From Nemertoderma westbladi (Eukaryota > Animalia > Xenacoelomorpha), in NCBI GenBank assembly GCA_032718475.1, contig JAUCBJ010001352.1, positions 10,228 to 74,227 on the forward strand: a stretch of DNA of 64,000 bases. Direction: 5' to 3'. Made by a program: the position numbers and the translations under genes. Every line of letters starts with the position of its first letter. Position 1 is the first letter of the stretch. A model generated the notes under the pieces. It was given only the letters and a program-made list of their open reading frames with translations, ran no database searches and was not told the origin of the DNA. Shown piece by piece: positions 1-12,010 of this stretch.

Positions 1-25
1 ATTATATATATATATTACATATATA

Positions 26-1370
26 TTAAGAATGCTCTCCCTCCGGCTTGTCGACAAAATTGCGCCGCCACAACTCCCTATCACCAATGACATTTGCTAG
101 ATCATACGCATCTTCAAGGCCAGCGTCCTTTAAGATGCGTCTCAAGAAAGTCATGGGCTGTCCACCATGCTTATTCACTCCATGAGGCCGCCAAAGCACA
201 CGATTATGCACTGGCTGGTCCTCACGGCGAAAGCAAGGTCTTGCAAAGCGGAGGCGGATTTGTTCTAGTGTCAAGCTAGGGGGAACCAATGAGACACCTC
301 CAATGTTATATAGTGTCTGGTTGGAGTTGTGTGCATTGTACTTGACACAATGAACCCGGCGCAGCATTCTTGTGAAAGTGCCATCCAGAGATTTGGTATC
401 CTCTGCAGTTAGACCCCAGCATGGACTCCTATATAAGAGTACTGGTACCACTGCTGCAATAAAAAATCAAACCTTTAGCTTCCGTTTAATTCTATGGGAC
501 TTCCAAATCCTGGACAAAACTATTTAACGCTGCCCATGCCTTCCCCTTACGTATCCGAAGGTCTTCACCTGACTTTCTGATCCATGATCCCAAATAGCAG
601 AAGTCATCCACATGTCAAGCAAGCCGTCCTTATAGAGTTTATGCCCTTACGATCAGACATTTCTTGAGGGCTGTCTAGGTTGACTGTCATGATTTGGTTT
701 TCTTGGAATTTACAAAAAGACCAACAATAGAAACAACTTGCTCCAATAAGCAGAGGAGCCTTTGGGCTTCCTCTAATGATTCTGAGAGTATCCCTCAGTC
801 ATCAGCAAAGTCTAGATCACTTAGGTACTTTGTTGGAGTTCCTCTAGAGTAGTGGAGTAGTAGAGAGTGGAGTAGGGGGTGTTAACATCACCCCAACTTT
901 ATTAAAAAAGATGGTTCTAAGGACATGCATAAGAACATAATCAACCACACAGCCGTAGACACAAATGTGGTAGAACCATCGTACAGTGATCTGATTGCTG
1001 CAAAAAATTTCCTCAGGAATCCCATATGCTGGCTGCCAGTATGCTGAACATACGTGGTCGGGAGACTGAGTCGAAGACTTTAAAGAAGTCAACAAAGATA
1101 ATAGCCAGTTGTCTGTCTTTCTTTATTGACAATTCTCCGATTATCCTTCTAAGTACCAGAATAGGCTCCATGGTCCCACGACCTTTGCGGAACCCATTTT
1201 GGTTCCCACGTAACAGTCGGGTCTCAACAGGATCACTGATGCGATTTAATATAATTATATTATATAGCTTTGCAGCAATCGAGATTAACGAGATTCAGCG
1301 AAAAGATCCACGGGTTGTTAGGTTGGCCTTCTTTGGGGCTTTGACCAACTTATTTGTTTTCAGTTCTTGA
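26..1370 (-). mobile_element. Decayed RTE-clade non-LTR retrotransposon (RT region plus C-terminus)
   Basis: ORF 26-451 has RTE C-terminal motifs (VPVLLY..CW.LT, LDGTFTRMLRR, LWRP.G...GG.P.T, DRELWR). Upstream frames give frameshifted RT pieces. Homologous to 6339-7450. Confidence 0.85.
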
Positions 1371-1639
1371 TGGTAGACTACAGTATGTCGGAAACCATGA
1401 CTACAGTATGTCGGACAAACCAACGACTATATATTTTAGTCATATATATTTCTCTCAGTTATTGATATCTGTGAGTTGTAACGTAGCAACAAGCAACAAA
1501 CGAACACGCAGCTGATTATACACGTTCGTGGGCCTTCGCGCAGCACGAGACTCAGCTAATCCAATAAAGCTGTATGCCGAGTACTTGTTTGCTCTACTAC
1601 TTAGTTAGCTTTCCTACATGTTCTATTTAATTTAGCAAT

Positions 1640-1905
1640 GCTCGTAGGACATTCTTACCAAATTTCAGATAAATCTAATGGTTGGTTCTGTTATTACAGT
1701 TAATTCTACATTTATGACACAGATGAACAATATTTCTAAACTTTTGATAAACTAAACTAAACTACATGTGTACCAAGTTTAGTTTAATTTCATCAAGGAA
1801 TGACCGAGTTATTAGCGATCAAAAATTGGTCGACGACGATAGACAACTCTTTAATGGTACCCCTATGCTAAGGCTTCGCTCCATGTCGTGGCTCGCCCCA
1901 CTAAA
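1640..1905. repeat. Dispersed repeat fragment (HINE-like); inverted copy at ~22125-22345
   Basis: Blocks such as cgtggctcgccccac, actacatgt.taccaa and atggttggttct recur as reverse complements near 22130-22345. Confidence 0.5.
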
Positions 1906-2379
1906 TCATACATCAGTGTCAACGATTACATCACTTAGACTACGGTAATAATTTACCACGTTACCACGCGATCGTTCTACGACGTAAACGGATGTATTTA
2001 AGATCGCCTTGATTCAATTGCGCAACAATAAATACTAAACCATATAGGACCAAACCAATAAAACTATCAAGGCCTTTTTATAAAACATTAATCGTATAGT
2101 CGAATAGTAATCTTTACAAGTATTTTATATATGCCAGCGTTGAAAACATTCATTAATAATAATTAATACACGATTTGGGGAATAATAAAGATAAATTGAA
2201 CAGATTTAATGAAAATCTTTAATGATATCATTAAGAGTGAGTAACACGAGTTATTAGTACAACACGAGTTTTTATTAACCTTTAATAAATATAGAAAAAA
2301 AGGGTCAAAGGTCGTAACTGTGATTAAAGTGCAATCAGATATTACTCTAGTGGTTAATTAAGGGTTTAACAAATGATTT

Positions 2380-2595
2380 ATTGTTTATTATTGGTGTTAT
2401 GGGTGAATGAGTGGTTTCATATTATTATAATATTTTGTTGTGCACAGCTTTTGCAAAGTCGGCAATGACGTCCAGGTGGGATCGAACTGGTAACCTCCGG
2501 GTTGGAAGTCTGACGCTCTAACCATTCAGCTAGCGGCTCAGGTAAAAGATATAATTGGAAATACTATCAGATACCTTGAATGTCCGCAATTTACC
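2380..2595 (-). mobile_element. tRNA-derived SINE-like repeat; partial inverted copy at 2601-2660, diverged copy at 2944-3075
   Basis: Minus strand reads gagccgcTAGCTGAATGGttagagcgtcagacttccaacccggaggttaccaGTTCGATCCcacctgg, containing Pol III A and B boxes. Further copies at ~20360, ~25365 and ~29660. Confidence 0.75.
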
Positions 2596-3372
2596 ATCTG
2601 GATCCCAGCTGGACGTCATTGCCGACTTTGCCAAAGCTGTGCCCAACAAAATATTATAAATCATTTATTGACATATTAATTAATTGCGGTTCCGCTTAAT
2701 AAAAATTGAATGAGTTGAATGATTTAATGGTGTATCACCGATTTCGTATCCATTGGTTTATTATTTTGATTCGGGTTTTTTGATGAGGCCTCAACCATGA
2801 AAGAACTTACACAAAATCTCTTAGATAACAACTTTTTGTATTAACCTTCCCCAATTTCGTACGATTATTGTGATTATCGCCATTGTCGAGCAATATGAGT
2901 ACTTACTTACTTATCATAACTTTCATAACTTTTGTTTAGTACATTCGGTAATGACGCCTAGCAGGGATTGAATTGGTGACCTCCAGGTTGCTGGCCTTCT
3001 AGCCAATCCGTTAGCAACTCAGATAAAATGTAGAACTTGAAATACTACCTGATAACTTGATGTCCGCAATTTACCTTCTTATAGCCTCCAAACTGCCAAT
3101 ACCAATCATATGCAGTCACCGTGCTAAAAACCCTACTGTAGTTGATATAATGTTATCCATTGTGGGTACAAATGATGTAGTAATCCTAGCTCCTAGGCAA
3201 GAATGACCCCCCCAAAGACCCTGTTCTACAGCTAATAAAAGTTGAAAATAACATCAACGCAGACACATAATACGTCATTATCCATCAATGCAGCAATATC
3301 CTAATCAATCTATATTCGGCATGTTGCAATGCAGCGGCATTTAAATAACGTAATAGCTATATGCCGGAGTAT

Positions 3373-3530
3373 AGACAACATTGCGCCGCCACAACTCCCT
3401 ATCCCACATGACTTTCGCGAGATTATCCGCATCTTCAAGGCAGGCCAGTGTCCTTTAAAAGGCGTCTCAAGAAAGATAGTGGTTGCCCACTATGCTTATT
3501 CTCACCATACCAAAGCACAAGACTGCGATC
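3373..3530 (-). mobile_element. Short 3' fragment of the same RTE LINE family
   Basis: Similar to 45-210 (ttgcgccgccacaactccctatc...cgtctcaagaaag). Confidence 0.7.
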
Positions 3531-3739
3531 ATAACGGATACTATTAGGTCCGATAATCATACTATATTTCCTATAATTGAGATAAGTTAATATGCCTTCC
3601 CTCATGTTCGGCCAAACCTTGATCCCATACCTCGCGATAGGTAAACAATACCTAATCTAAAGTTTACATTATATATAATTTATAGATATTTTTCAGATTA
3701 ACGAGGGAGCACTAGGGGGGGTTCGACTACTGTACTTAC

Positions 3740-4990
3740 CAATATGCCTGGATGTTTCAATGTAAATATTATCGATTTTGCAGTGGGGATTACGACTAGT
3801 TCGTGCTGCGGACCCAGCCTCCCGCCCTCGCATTCCGAGGTTCCGACTCCTAACCCTCGCATCTCTTGGTCCAAGTCTGGCGAGTTACTAAGAAAAGTCT
3901 GCGAGACAGACATTTTGCGCCGAATCGACCCATTAACTGGTACCATAGCCATGTCGTTACCGCTCTGTCGCGTCCGTTTGTCTGCGTCGAACGCTCTGTT
4001 ATCGAATCCGGATACTCGGCGCGAGGAATTACTCCGTTGAGATTGACGATTGGATACGATGTCCACAGAAGGTATTGCTAGTGGGTCTAAGTCGGGCTTC
4101 TGGGATAATAAATTACCGTTTGGTAGTGACAAAGATGACGGAGAGGTGCTTTTAAGCTCCTGTGATTCAGGTTGCTGTGGCAATGAGTTATTGATAGGGT
4201 CCTGTGATTCAGGTTGCTGTGTCAATGAGTTATTGATAGGGTCCTGTGTTCCAGGTTGCCTAGGCGCGGAGTTATTGATAGGGTCCTGTGTTCCAGGTTG
4301 CCTAGGCGTGGATTTATTGATAGGGTCCTGTGTTTCAGGTTGCCTAGGCACGGAGTTATTGATAGGGTTCTGTGATTCAGGTTGCTGTGGCAATGAGTTA
4401 TTGATTGGGTTCTGTGTTTCAGGTTGCCTAGGCACGGAGTTATTGATAGGGTTCTGTGATTTAGGTTGCTGTGGCAATGAGTTATTGATAGGGTCCTGTG
4501 TTTCAGGTTGCCTAGGCACTGAGTTATTGATAGGGTCCTGTGTTTCAGGTTGCCTAGGCACGGAGTTATTGATAGGGTTCTGTGATTTAGGTTGCTGTGG
4601 CAATGAGTTATTGATAGGGTTCTGTGATTCAGGTTGCTGAATCAATGAGTTATTGATAGGGTTCTGTGTTTCAGGTTGCCTAGGCACGGAGTTATTGATA
4701 GGGTTCTGTGATTTAGGTTGCTGTGGCAATGAGTTATTGATAGGGTTCTGTGATTGTTGTTGCTGAGTCAATGAGTTATTGATGGGGTCCTGTGATTGTT
4801 GTTGCTGAGTCAATGAGTTATTGGTAGGGTCCTGTGATTGTTGTTGCTGAGTCAATGAGTTATTGATAGGGTCCTGTGATTGATGTTGCTGAGGCAATGA
4901 GTTATCGATAGTTTCATCTGATTGGTGTTGCCCAGACAACTCTGGCGGTTGAAGTGGCTCCGCAGCCATTGGTACTAGAGCTCCACCCAT
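3740..4990 (-). CDS. Large exon encoding a Q/P/N/S-rich disordered region with 14-aa repeats; paralogous to exon 10669-11510
   Basis: 430-aa ORF. Canonical donor TTG|GTAAGT after ...IFTLKHPGIL (last exon base 3740, phase 0). Shares the DNRA[FY] and F.LK.PGIL motifs with 10669-11510. Confidence 0.65.
4160..4910 (-). repeat. Coding 42-bp tandem repeat, about 18 units (QDPINNSLPQQPES / QDPINNSVPRQPET)
   Basis: gagttattgatagggt recurs every 42 bp and the frame is preserved. Confidence 0.95.
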
Positions 4991-6338
4991 TGAGACTACT
5001 GCATCAATACGGATTCTACCAAATACCGAAGATATTGATGGAGGAGTTTAGTTCCCGTGCTGTAGCTAATGTGGGAGGTCTAATATCACACAGTTAACCG
5101 CCGTACAAAGGTAAGGTTCAAATGCAACGGCTCACAAAGTAACTAGTAACAGGTAAATGAATATGTGAATATATGATAATATATAAATATGTTTTTACAT
5201 GAATTACTTCATTATTAATTTGTATAAATTAATTAGTAACCTATCACTTGAGAGAAGATTACAGTGAATCGCATTGCAATATAATAAAGTTGGAATACAG
5301 TAGAAATATTGTAAATTAAAAGAAAACGTTATAAATAAATATTAACTCATAAATGATACAAAATAATTTTAATTGGAATTGTTGTTAGTTAATTTACTCT
5401 AAATAGAACTAACTCTATAGCCTCAGTAGATGTAGGAAGTCTTCTTCCATTCATCCGCTACTACGACAATGACCAACAGGTGGTCCGCAATTACTCATTT
5501 TATATCCCTCCCATCCACCAATAATTGATAAAGGATCAACAACATAGAATTTTCGACTGATATTCCTCAACTAAACATTGTTTTAGTTTTATAAGACAAT
5601 GTTTTAAATACTTAATGGTTTTGTAAAAATTTATAGTAACACAGTTAATTTTGTTTGTTTTAAGTTCTTAATTAAAGGTTGTTGCTATTTATATCGTTGT
5701 TGTTATTATCTATATGTATCATTGTATCTTACTTTCGTCTCAAAAACTCTGACGAGGAGGGCTGGGTTCACTCTCTAGCTCCCTACGCACAACCGAACAT
5801 GGGGTACCAACACCTGTGGGCCAAGCCCAAACATTTCCACCAAATCTGTGATGGTTGCTTATGCAAATATTGCACAAATGCAAAATATAAAAGCAATATT
5901 GTCATTGAACGAATTTCCAATACACTAAATACATATACATACATGGTCCGAAGTATTTTAGCAGTGTTATGATCTTTGTATATGTATTTACACCGCCTAC
6001 CTCAGTTTTATAATAATTGTTAGCAAAAATTGATAATTCGGTATAATAATTTATCTTGATCCATAAGTTAGTAACCCTGAATGAATGACAATGACCAATA
6101 TGGAAATTACTTTTATGTCAATAACCAATTGGCATCAACCAGCTGGTAAGGGAATCAATAAAAATTCCTTATTTCAAGGAAATTTAGCCACTATACCATT
6201 GATTTGATAGAAAAGATATATTCGGAGATCTCTAGAATGCATTGTGTATTCAAATAGCCATTATGTTTAAGTGATAGTAAATAGGAGACGGGAGACGGGG
6301 TGTGGTATAAAGATTGAAACAAAAATATATAATGTCAT

Positions 6339-7450
6339 CCTGGAAAGCCTATTCAAGGCTGCCCATGCCTTTCCCTTACGTATTCGAAGGTCCTCACCTG
6401 ACTTCCGGATCCATGATCCCAGGTAACAGGAGTCGTCCACATGCTCAAGCATACCATCCTTTAAGCTTATGCTCATCCGATCAGAGACTTGCTGAGGACT
6501 TTCAAAGTTAACTGTCAAAATTTTGGTCTTTCTAGATTTAATAAAAAGACCAACATTAGAAGCAGCATGTTCTAATGAGCTGAGGAGAGGTTGGGCTCCC
6601 TCTAGTGATTCGGAGAGTACTCCTAAGTCAACAGCAAAGTCTAGATCAGTTAGGTACTTGGCAGGATTTCCTCGACTTCTGGAGCCAGTAGGTGGAGTTA
6701 TCATCACCCCATCATCATTATGATGTTATAAGGACATGCGTAGAACATAGTCAACCACAATTATGAACAAGAATGGTGCAAGTGTGTCTGTCTCCCTGGA
6801 GGACGCCCCATAACACTTCAAATGGTTCTGTGCCACCGTCAACAGTAAACACAAATGTTGTCGAACCATCGTATACTGATCTGATTGCTGCAATAATTTC
6901 ATCAGGAATCCCATATAATGAAAGTATGCTGAACATACGTGAGCGAGAGACTGAATCAAGGCCTTGAAGAATTCAACAAAGATAACAGCCAGATGCCTGT
7001 CTTTCTTTTTTGATAACTCTTCAATTATCCTTCTAAGTGCCAAATTTGGCTCCATGGTCCCACGACCTTTACGGAACTCATTCTGATTTCCACGGAACAG
7101 TCTCTCAATGGGATCCCTGATGCGATTTAATATAATTATATTGTATAGCTTTGCAGCAATCGAGATCAATGAGATTCCCCGAAAAGAACCATAGAGTGTT
7201 AGGTTGCCCTTCTTGGGAACTGGCACCAACTTATTTGTTTTCATTTCTTGTGGGACTCTTGTTGTACGGTACATGTCTACTATGATGGGATAGATGAGCT
7301 TTAAACACTCAGGTATTTTAAAGACCTCAGGGGGAACACCATCTACTCCACTGGCACGATTGGTCTTAATGCTCTTTGCAGCAGCCTTCACTTCTGCAAA
7401 GGAGATATCGCCAATGTGAATATCTGGGAGTACAGACTCAGACACTTTTA
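6339..7450 (-). mobile_element. Decayed RTE-clade LINE, reverse transcriptase region
   Basis: ASGVDGVPPEVFK, VPKKGNL...FRGISLISIAAKLYN, GVLQGD, LAPFLFIIVVDY, DLDFAVD, YLGSWI; split by frameshifts. Confidence 0.9.
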
Positions 7451-7849
7451 CTTTTACAATGATGTAGGTCATTGTGTTACATAATGTCAACTTATCGGAG
7501 TTCTGGAATATTGTAATGTTTAGAAATAATTATGAAATTAATATAACCATTTCTGCTACTAATTCCTGTTACTAGAACAACTGCGAGGTTAACAATTTTC
7601 AATCATATGCTACGAAAGTCGGTATGGTGATAGTTCGACAACTTGTCTTACTTACACCTTCTTGTTGGTCTGAAAGTTCTGCATGTTTTATAATTTTTGA
7701 TTTATTTAGCTTCAACAAGCCCTAAAAAATGCCTATTAGGCAATATTTAGCCACCTCTGTCGGCTTTATTTTTCGCCTTTTGAATGCAATCAGAAAATTT
7801 GGAGGTGCATAGGAAACATGGATTCACAAAGATGGATATCTGCTCAGCC

Positions 7850-9220
7850 TTCGATAACGTTGAAGACCACATCATCTTTAATAAGCTGTCAGAGTTTGTA
7901 AATCCTCATATATGTTCTGTACTAATTCATTATTAAATTGTAACCCATCTTCACGTGAAGTTCGGAGCTTTGGTGGACACCAAAGGTATGAAGCCTATCA
8001 GGGGTTTGAAACAACGGTCCCTGATATCTCCAATTCTCTTTTGCTTTTATATAGGAGATGTATTGAATGCTCTGCAGGACGAGGGTTACGGTTACGACCT
8101 CATGAATCTATGGATAGACCTGATCTGCTATACAGATGATATTCTTATTCTGGGGAAAAATATAAAGGAGGTGGTGAAGATTATGGTTGAACTCATAATT
8201 AGGGAATTTAATAAGTTATGATTGGACATCGAGGCATCGAAATCTGAGTGGTCTAATCTTCTAGGTGCAGGTTGTCAGACCCAATCTATGCCCTGTTTCA
8301 TAAATATTAAGGGGACCCTCATTCCACCTAACGCCACACTGTCTTTCCTAGGTGTAAAAGTTAACCTCAAGACTTCAGACAGGCTCAGTGAATGTATGTA
8401 TAAAGACTACCACAATTCTATCCGAGACCTTCCACAGAAGAGGATGGACTCTCAAATGGTTATCCCTGGACTCACTATCTCGGCTATGGAATGGAATTGC
8501 ACTACCAGCGATCCCTTACATCTATTGAAGCTGACACATTGGACATATGCTACCGTAAGGTTCTACGTAGTCTAATGCATGTTGGACCATATCTCTCAAA
8601 TAGTTGTACCTACACTCTACTGAAGACCAAACCAATTAGTACGTCTATTTTCTGCGATGTCATTGGATGTATTCAGAGGGCAGCTTTCTGTCCAAACAAG
8701 ATGTTGAGTTCTATTATTTGTGCAAGCGTGCCAGTCTACGGTGCTCCTATGAAGCTGGGTTGAAGTATTTCCCGTTACCTACACTTACTTCACTACTCTT
8801 CTCGAGGTACAGTATTAAGACTCTCCGTACCCAGGTTTTACCCGGCTGTTTAACTTTGTCCGATATGATCAATGTGGACTTTGTTCTAAATTGCTTGCGC
8901 TGTAATATTTATTTTCCCAGCAAAGACAAAAGCATCCAGGAATTCCTCAATCAATCACGCGTGGTGTAATCTGCATCATCATCTTTTAGTTTCTGATTTA
9001 TGACTTACTCCCCAATGGTGATCCCACCCATCATATCATATTTTATGGTAGTGCACTTTGTTTATAGTTGCACTTAATGACCAACCCTTATACAATGTAT
9101 CGTGAATTTTACTACCATATGTATGTACAGAAGTAAGCCTTCTATTCCATTGGTGCCATTGGATTTTATCTTTTAATTTTAATTTGCCGGCGTTGCCCGG
9201 ATTATTAATAAATAATAATA
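7850..9220 (+). mobile_element. Decayed non-LTR retrotransposon RT fragment (second family) with a (TAA)n-like tail
   Basis: GLKQRSLISPILFCFYI, ICYTDDILIL (YADD-like) and SFLGV in broken ORFs 7955-8969; taataaataataataat at ~9204-9221. Confidence 0.75.
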
Positions 9221-10359
9221 TCTAGATAACATTCCAAAGACGGAAAACAAAGCCGACATAGATGGTTAAAAATTACCTAATAGGCATATTAAAGACTTTA
9301 TAATTTGAAAATTAAAAATTCTGACGAGGCTAGCGGTAAGAAAAGGAATCGATACCATCGTACCAAATTTCGCAGTTTGATTGAAATTTCTGTAGATTTT
9401 CCAGCAATAAATATATCTTACTCTACAAATATATTTTGGAGCATAGGACTTTTGTCATTTACTCACAAAAAACTTTTGTTACATTGTGTCAACTTATCAT
9501 CGTTCTGGTGATATCCTGTAAAGTAGCCCAGTAATCACTACCTTAGTAACAATAAACTTCTAAAACACGTCTTGAGTATTCTCCATTGACGATACCCATT
9601 GTAGCTTAGTGTAAGATTATCCCGAATTTAGTTCCTTGAATTCGCGTTTCTCGACCTTGAAATTAATTCTGCGACCAGGAAAACCCCTATAGCTAAACTT
9701 TTAGGTAGCTGGTGTGCCCTTTTCTTAGATTTTAACGGACAGACTGTCGGACAGTCAGATAGACCGACAGACAGACTTACAGACAAACTAGATTCCATTC
9801 AAAGTGAAAACTGAAAAGGCAATTATCTTGGAATAGTATATTTTAATTTTTAAATCACTACACCTCCGCCCTTTTTCACCCAATGCCAAAATACATTTTT
9901 GGTATCAAATGAAATCTTTTCGCGCGCGCAATAATAAAATTCGATCATTATTTTAAATTTTGCAATTGTTCATCTGTTATAACTTGTTTTACAAAAAAAC
10001 ACAGTGCTTTATTTGAAATTGTTAAATTAATTTTTAAAATTCATTCAGAACGCCGATAAGTTGACGTAAAGTAAAAAATTACATAGGCCCTACCCTACAC
10101 CATTGGGCAAGAGGCAACGAGTCATTGATATTCACCATTGGGCGTTTATGATCCTTGTATGTTTATGTAAACTTCCCTCGCTGCGCTCGCTCGCTATAGT
10201 TATTGGTAATTTTGTCATAATTACAAAATACATTTTTATTGACATTTTTTGGCATTAACGATGTAATTAAGAAACAAAACAATATAGTTTGAATTGATTG
10301 CGAATTACAGAGTTTTTTTGCCATATTGACTCGACAATAAGTTTACATAATTTAAAATA

Positions 10360-10658
10360 ACATTTCGCGGCACAATCAGTTGATGTCGTCAAATTTCGCA
10401 ACATGTTTTATTTATTCCTTGAATTTCGCGGCACAATATTACTTTATGACGCAAAATGGGGACATTTCCCGGTAAATTTAGTCTATGCTGTGACAGTAGT
10501 AAAATATTTAGTTTATCAGGTGCAATTGTATAATTTCGCTGCAGGTTTAAATTATGCCGTAAATTTAGCAGCACTTTACGATTGAGGCGTGAAATTTCGA
10601 GGTTGATGAAATTTATGTCGTGAAATTTCGCGGCATAAAGGTAAGCCATTTTCGCGGC
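10360..10658. repeat. Cluster of (a)atttcgcggca-type short motifs, likely DNA-transposon subterminal repeats
   Basis: About 8 degenerate tttcgc(g) copies in 300 bp of intron. Confidence 0.45.
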
Positions 10659-10668
10659 GTTAACTTAC

Positions 10669-11510
10669 CAGTATTCCGGGTCGCTTCAACCTGAAGAGAG
10701 TTGAGTTACCCGGAGTTGTACAGGACAACTCCAGCAACATACCCAACCCACAGTGCTTATCGTCCCTAACCGGCGCGAACCCCATATCGGTAGGTCGCCA
10801 CACCGGTGCGCCCATCTCGCCGAGTTCCTCTTCCACACAGTCGCCCCGCTTCGTACACGGTTTCGTGACGGGGAGTTTCTTATTAGCGGCCGGTCGCGGT
10901 CGGCGGTCCGATATGTACGCGCGATTATCGTAAGTTTCTCGAAGTAGCGAAGAGTTATGACGTTTCGGTTGGTGGTTGGTTGATAAATCCTTCCCGCTAG
11001 AGGGCGTTGTGGAGTCATTACTGGGGAAAATTGCATATGGTGTTTGTGATTGGTGTTGCTTTGGTAACTTGTTATTAGAGTTATTACCAGCTGATGATTG
11101 GTTTTGTTGTGGCAACTTGTTATTCGAGTTAGTTTTAGTAGGAGTTTGTGATTCGAGTTTATGTGGCAACGAGTTGTTATTTGAAGCTGATTTTGATTGG
11201 TGTTGATGCGGGGGCAGTGTGGCAGTATCTTCTGGAGCAACAGGCTTCGATTCCAGCGACCCAGCCATCGGCGATGTTGAATGTAAAACCGGGTTCTGTT
11301 TTCGTTCGCTTGGTGGTGTAACAACAGTGGCAGCGAGATCGAGTAACCGAGGTTTATTTGGTTTCGGTTTCGGTTTCGGTTTTTCTTTATCATCGAAGGA
11401 ACTAAAGGAAAACACATTGGTCGGACTCCTTTTGGATTGCGGTTGCTTAGAAACGCGACTAGAAGAGGAAGTGACGTTGAGGCCACGCAAGTTGTTAAAA
11501 AAATCCAGAT
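10669..11510 (-). CDS. Large internal coding exon (phase 1 in, phase 0 out) of the uncharacterised spliced gene starting at 27011
   Basis: Acceptor ctcgctttcttAG| at 11511, 842 nt open (DLDFFNNLRGLNV...FRLKRPGIL), donor CTG|GTAAGT at 10668. There is no ATG at the exon start. Confidence 0.7.
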
Positions 11511-11756
11511 CTAAGAAAGCGAGTGTTAATTACGTAATTTCAACTCGATAAAATTATATCGTTGATGGGGTTATGGAATAAAATAATTAAGCAATTTGAA
11601 TAAACTATAAAGTAGAAACTTGTATATTACATCCAGTATATTAATTCATCTTGCTTTGTGTAGAAATTCATTTTCAAACTGAAATATATGTAAATATCAA
11701 ACTGTTATACTCTCCCGTCAGTATATATATCATCATCCCAGACCAAGCAAACTGAT

Positions 11757-11982
11757 GGGTGTAAACGCTACGCCGACAACCGACAGCCGACAACCACTGC
11801 CGACAACAGCAAATATGAAAATTAAACCTGAATTCGAGACTCTCGTTTATTGTTTTGGTTAGAATAAACTTCCACTGTAACCTGTTCCTTTCCCTCAATT
11901 AATAAATAACATTAATTAGCTTTAATAATGGTTGTCGGCGTTGCTTGTCGGTAGTCGGTTGTCGGCGTAGCGTTTACACCCC
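11757..11982. mobile_element. MITE with ~30-bp TIRs, PIF/Harbinger-like
   Basis: gggtgtaaacgctacgccgacaaccgac ... gtcggttgtcggcgtagcgtttacaccc. Confidence 0.7.
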
Positions 11983-12010
11983 AAACTAACGAATACTAAT
12001 GTCTTTAATA

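Noticed and set aside
2465-2540. Functional tRNA gene (TCC anticodon-like loop)
   Set aside because: The acceptor, anticodon and T stems do not pair properly, and multiple diverged copies share a tail, so it is a repeat.
3075-3231. TAA/TAG reassigned to Gln
   Set aside because: POU2 ends in TAG and KDM4 ends in TAA, and their long ORFs contain no internal TAA/TAG.
3740-3800. P2X receptor N-terminal TxK...GIL motif
   Set aside because: The spacing matches in this exon, but the conserved Tyr is absent, the paralogous exon lacks TxK, and no TM1 exon was found.
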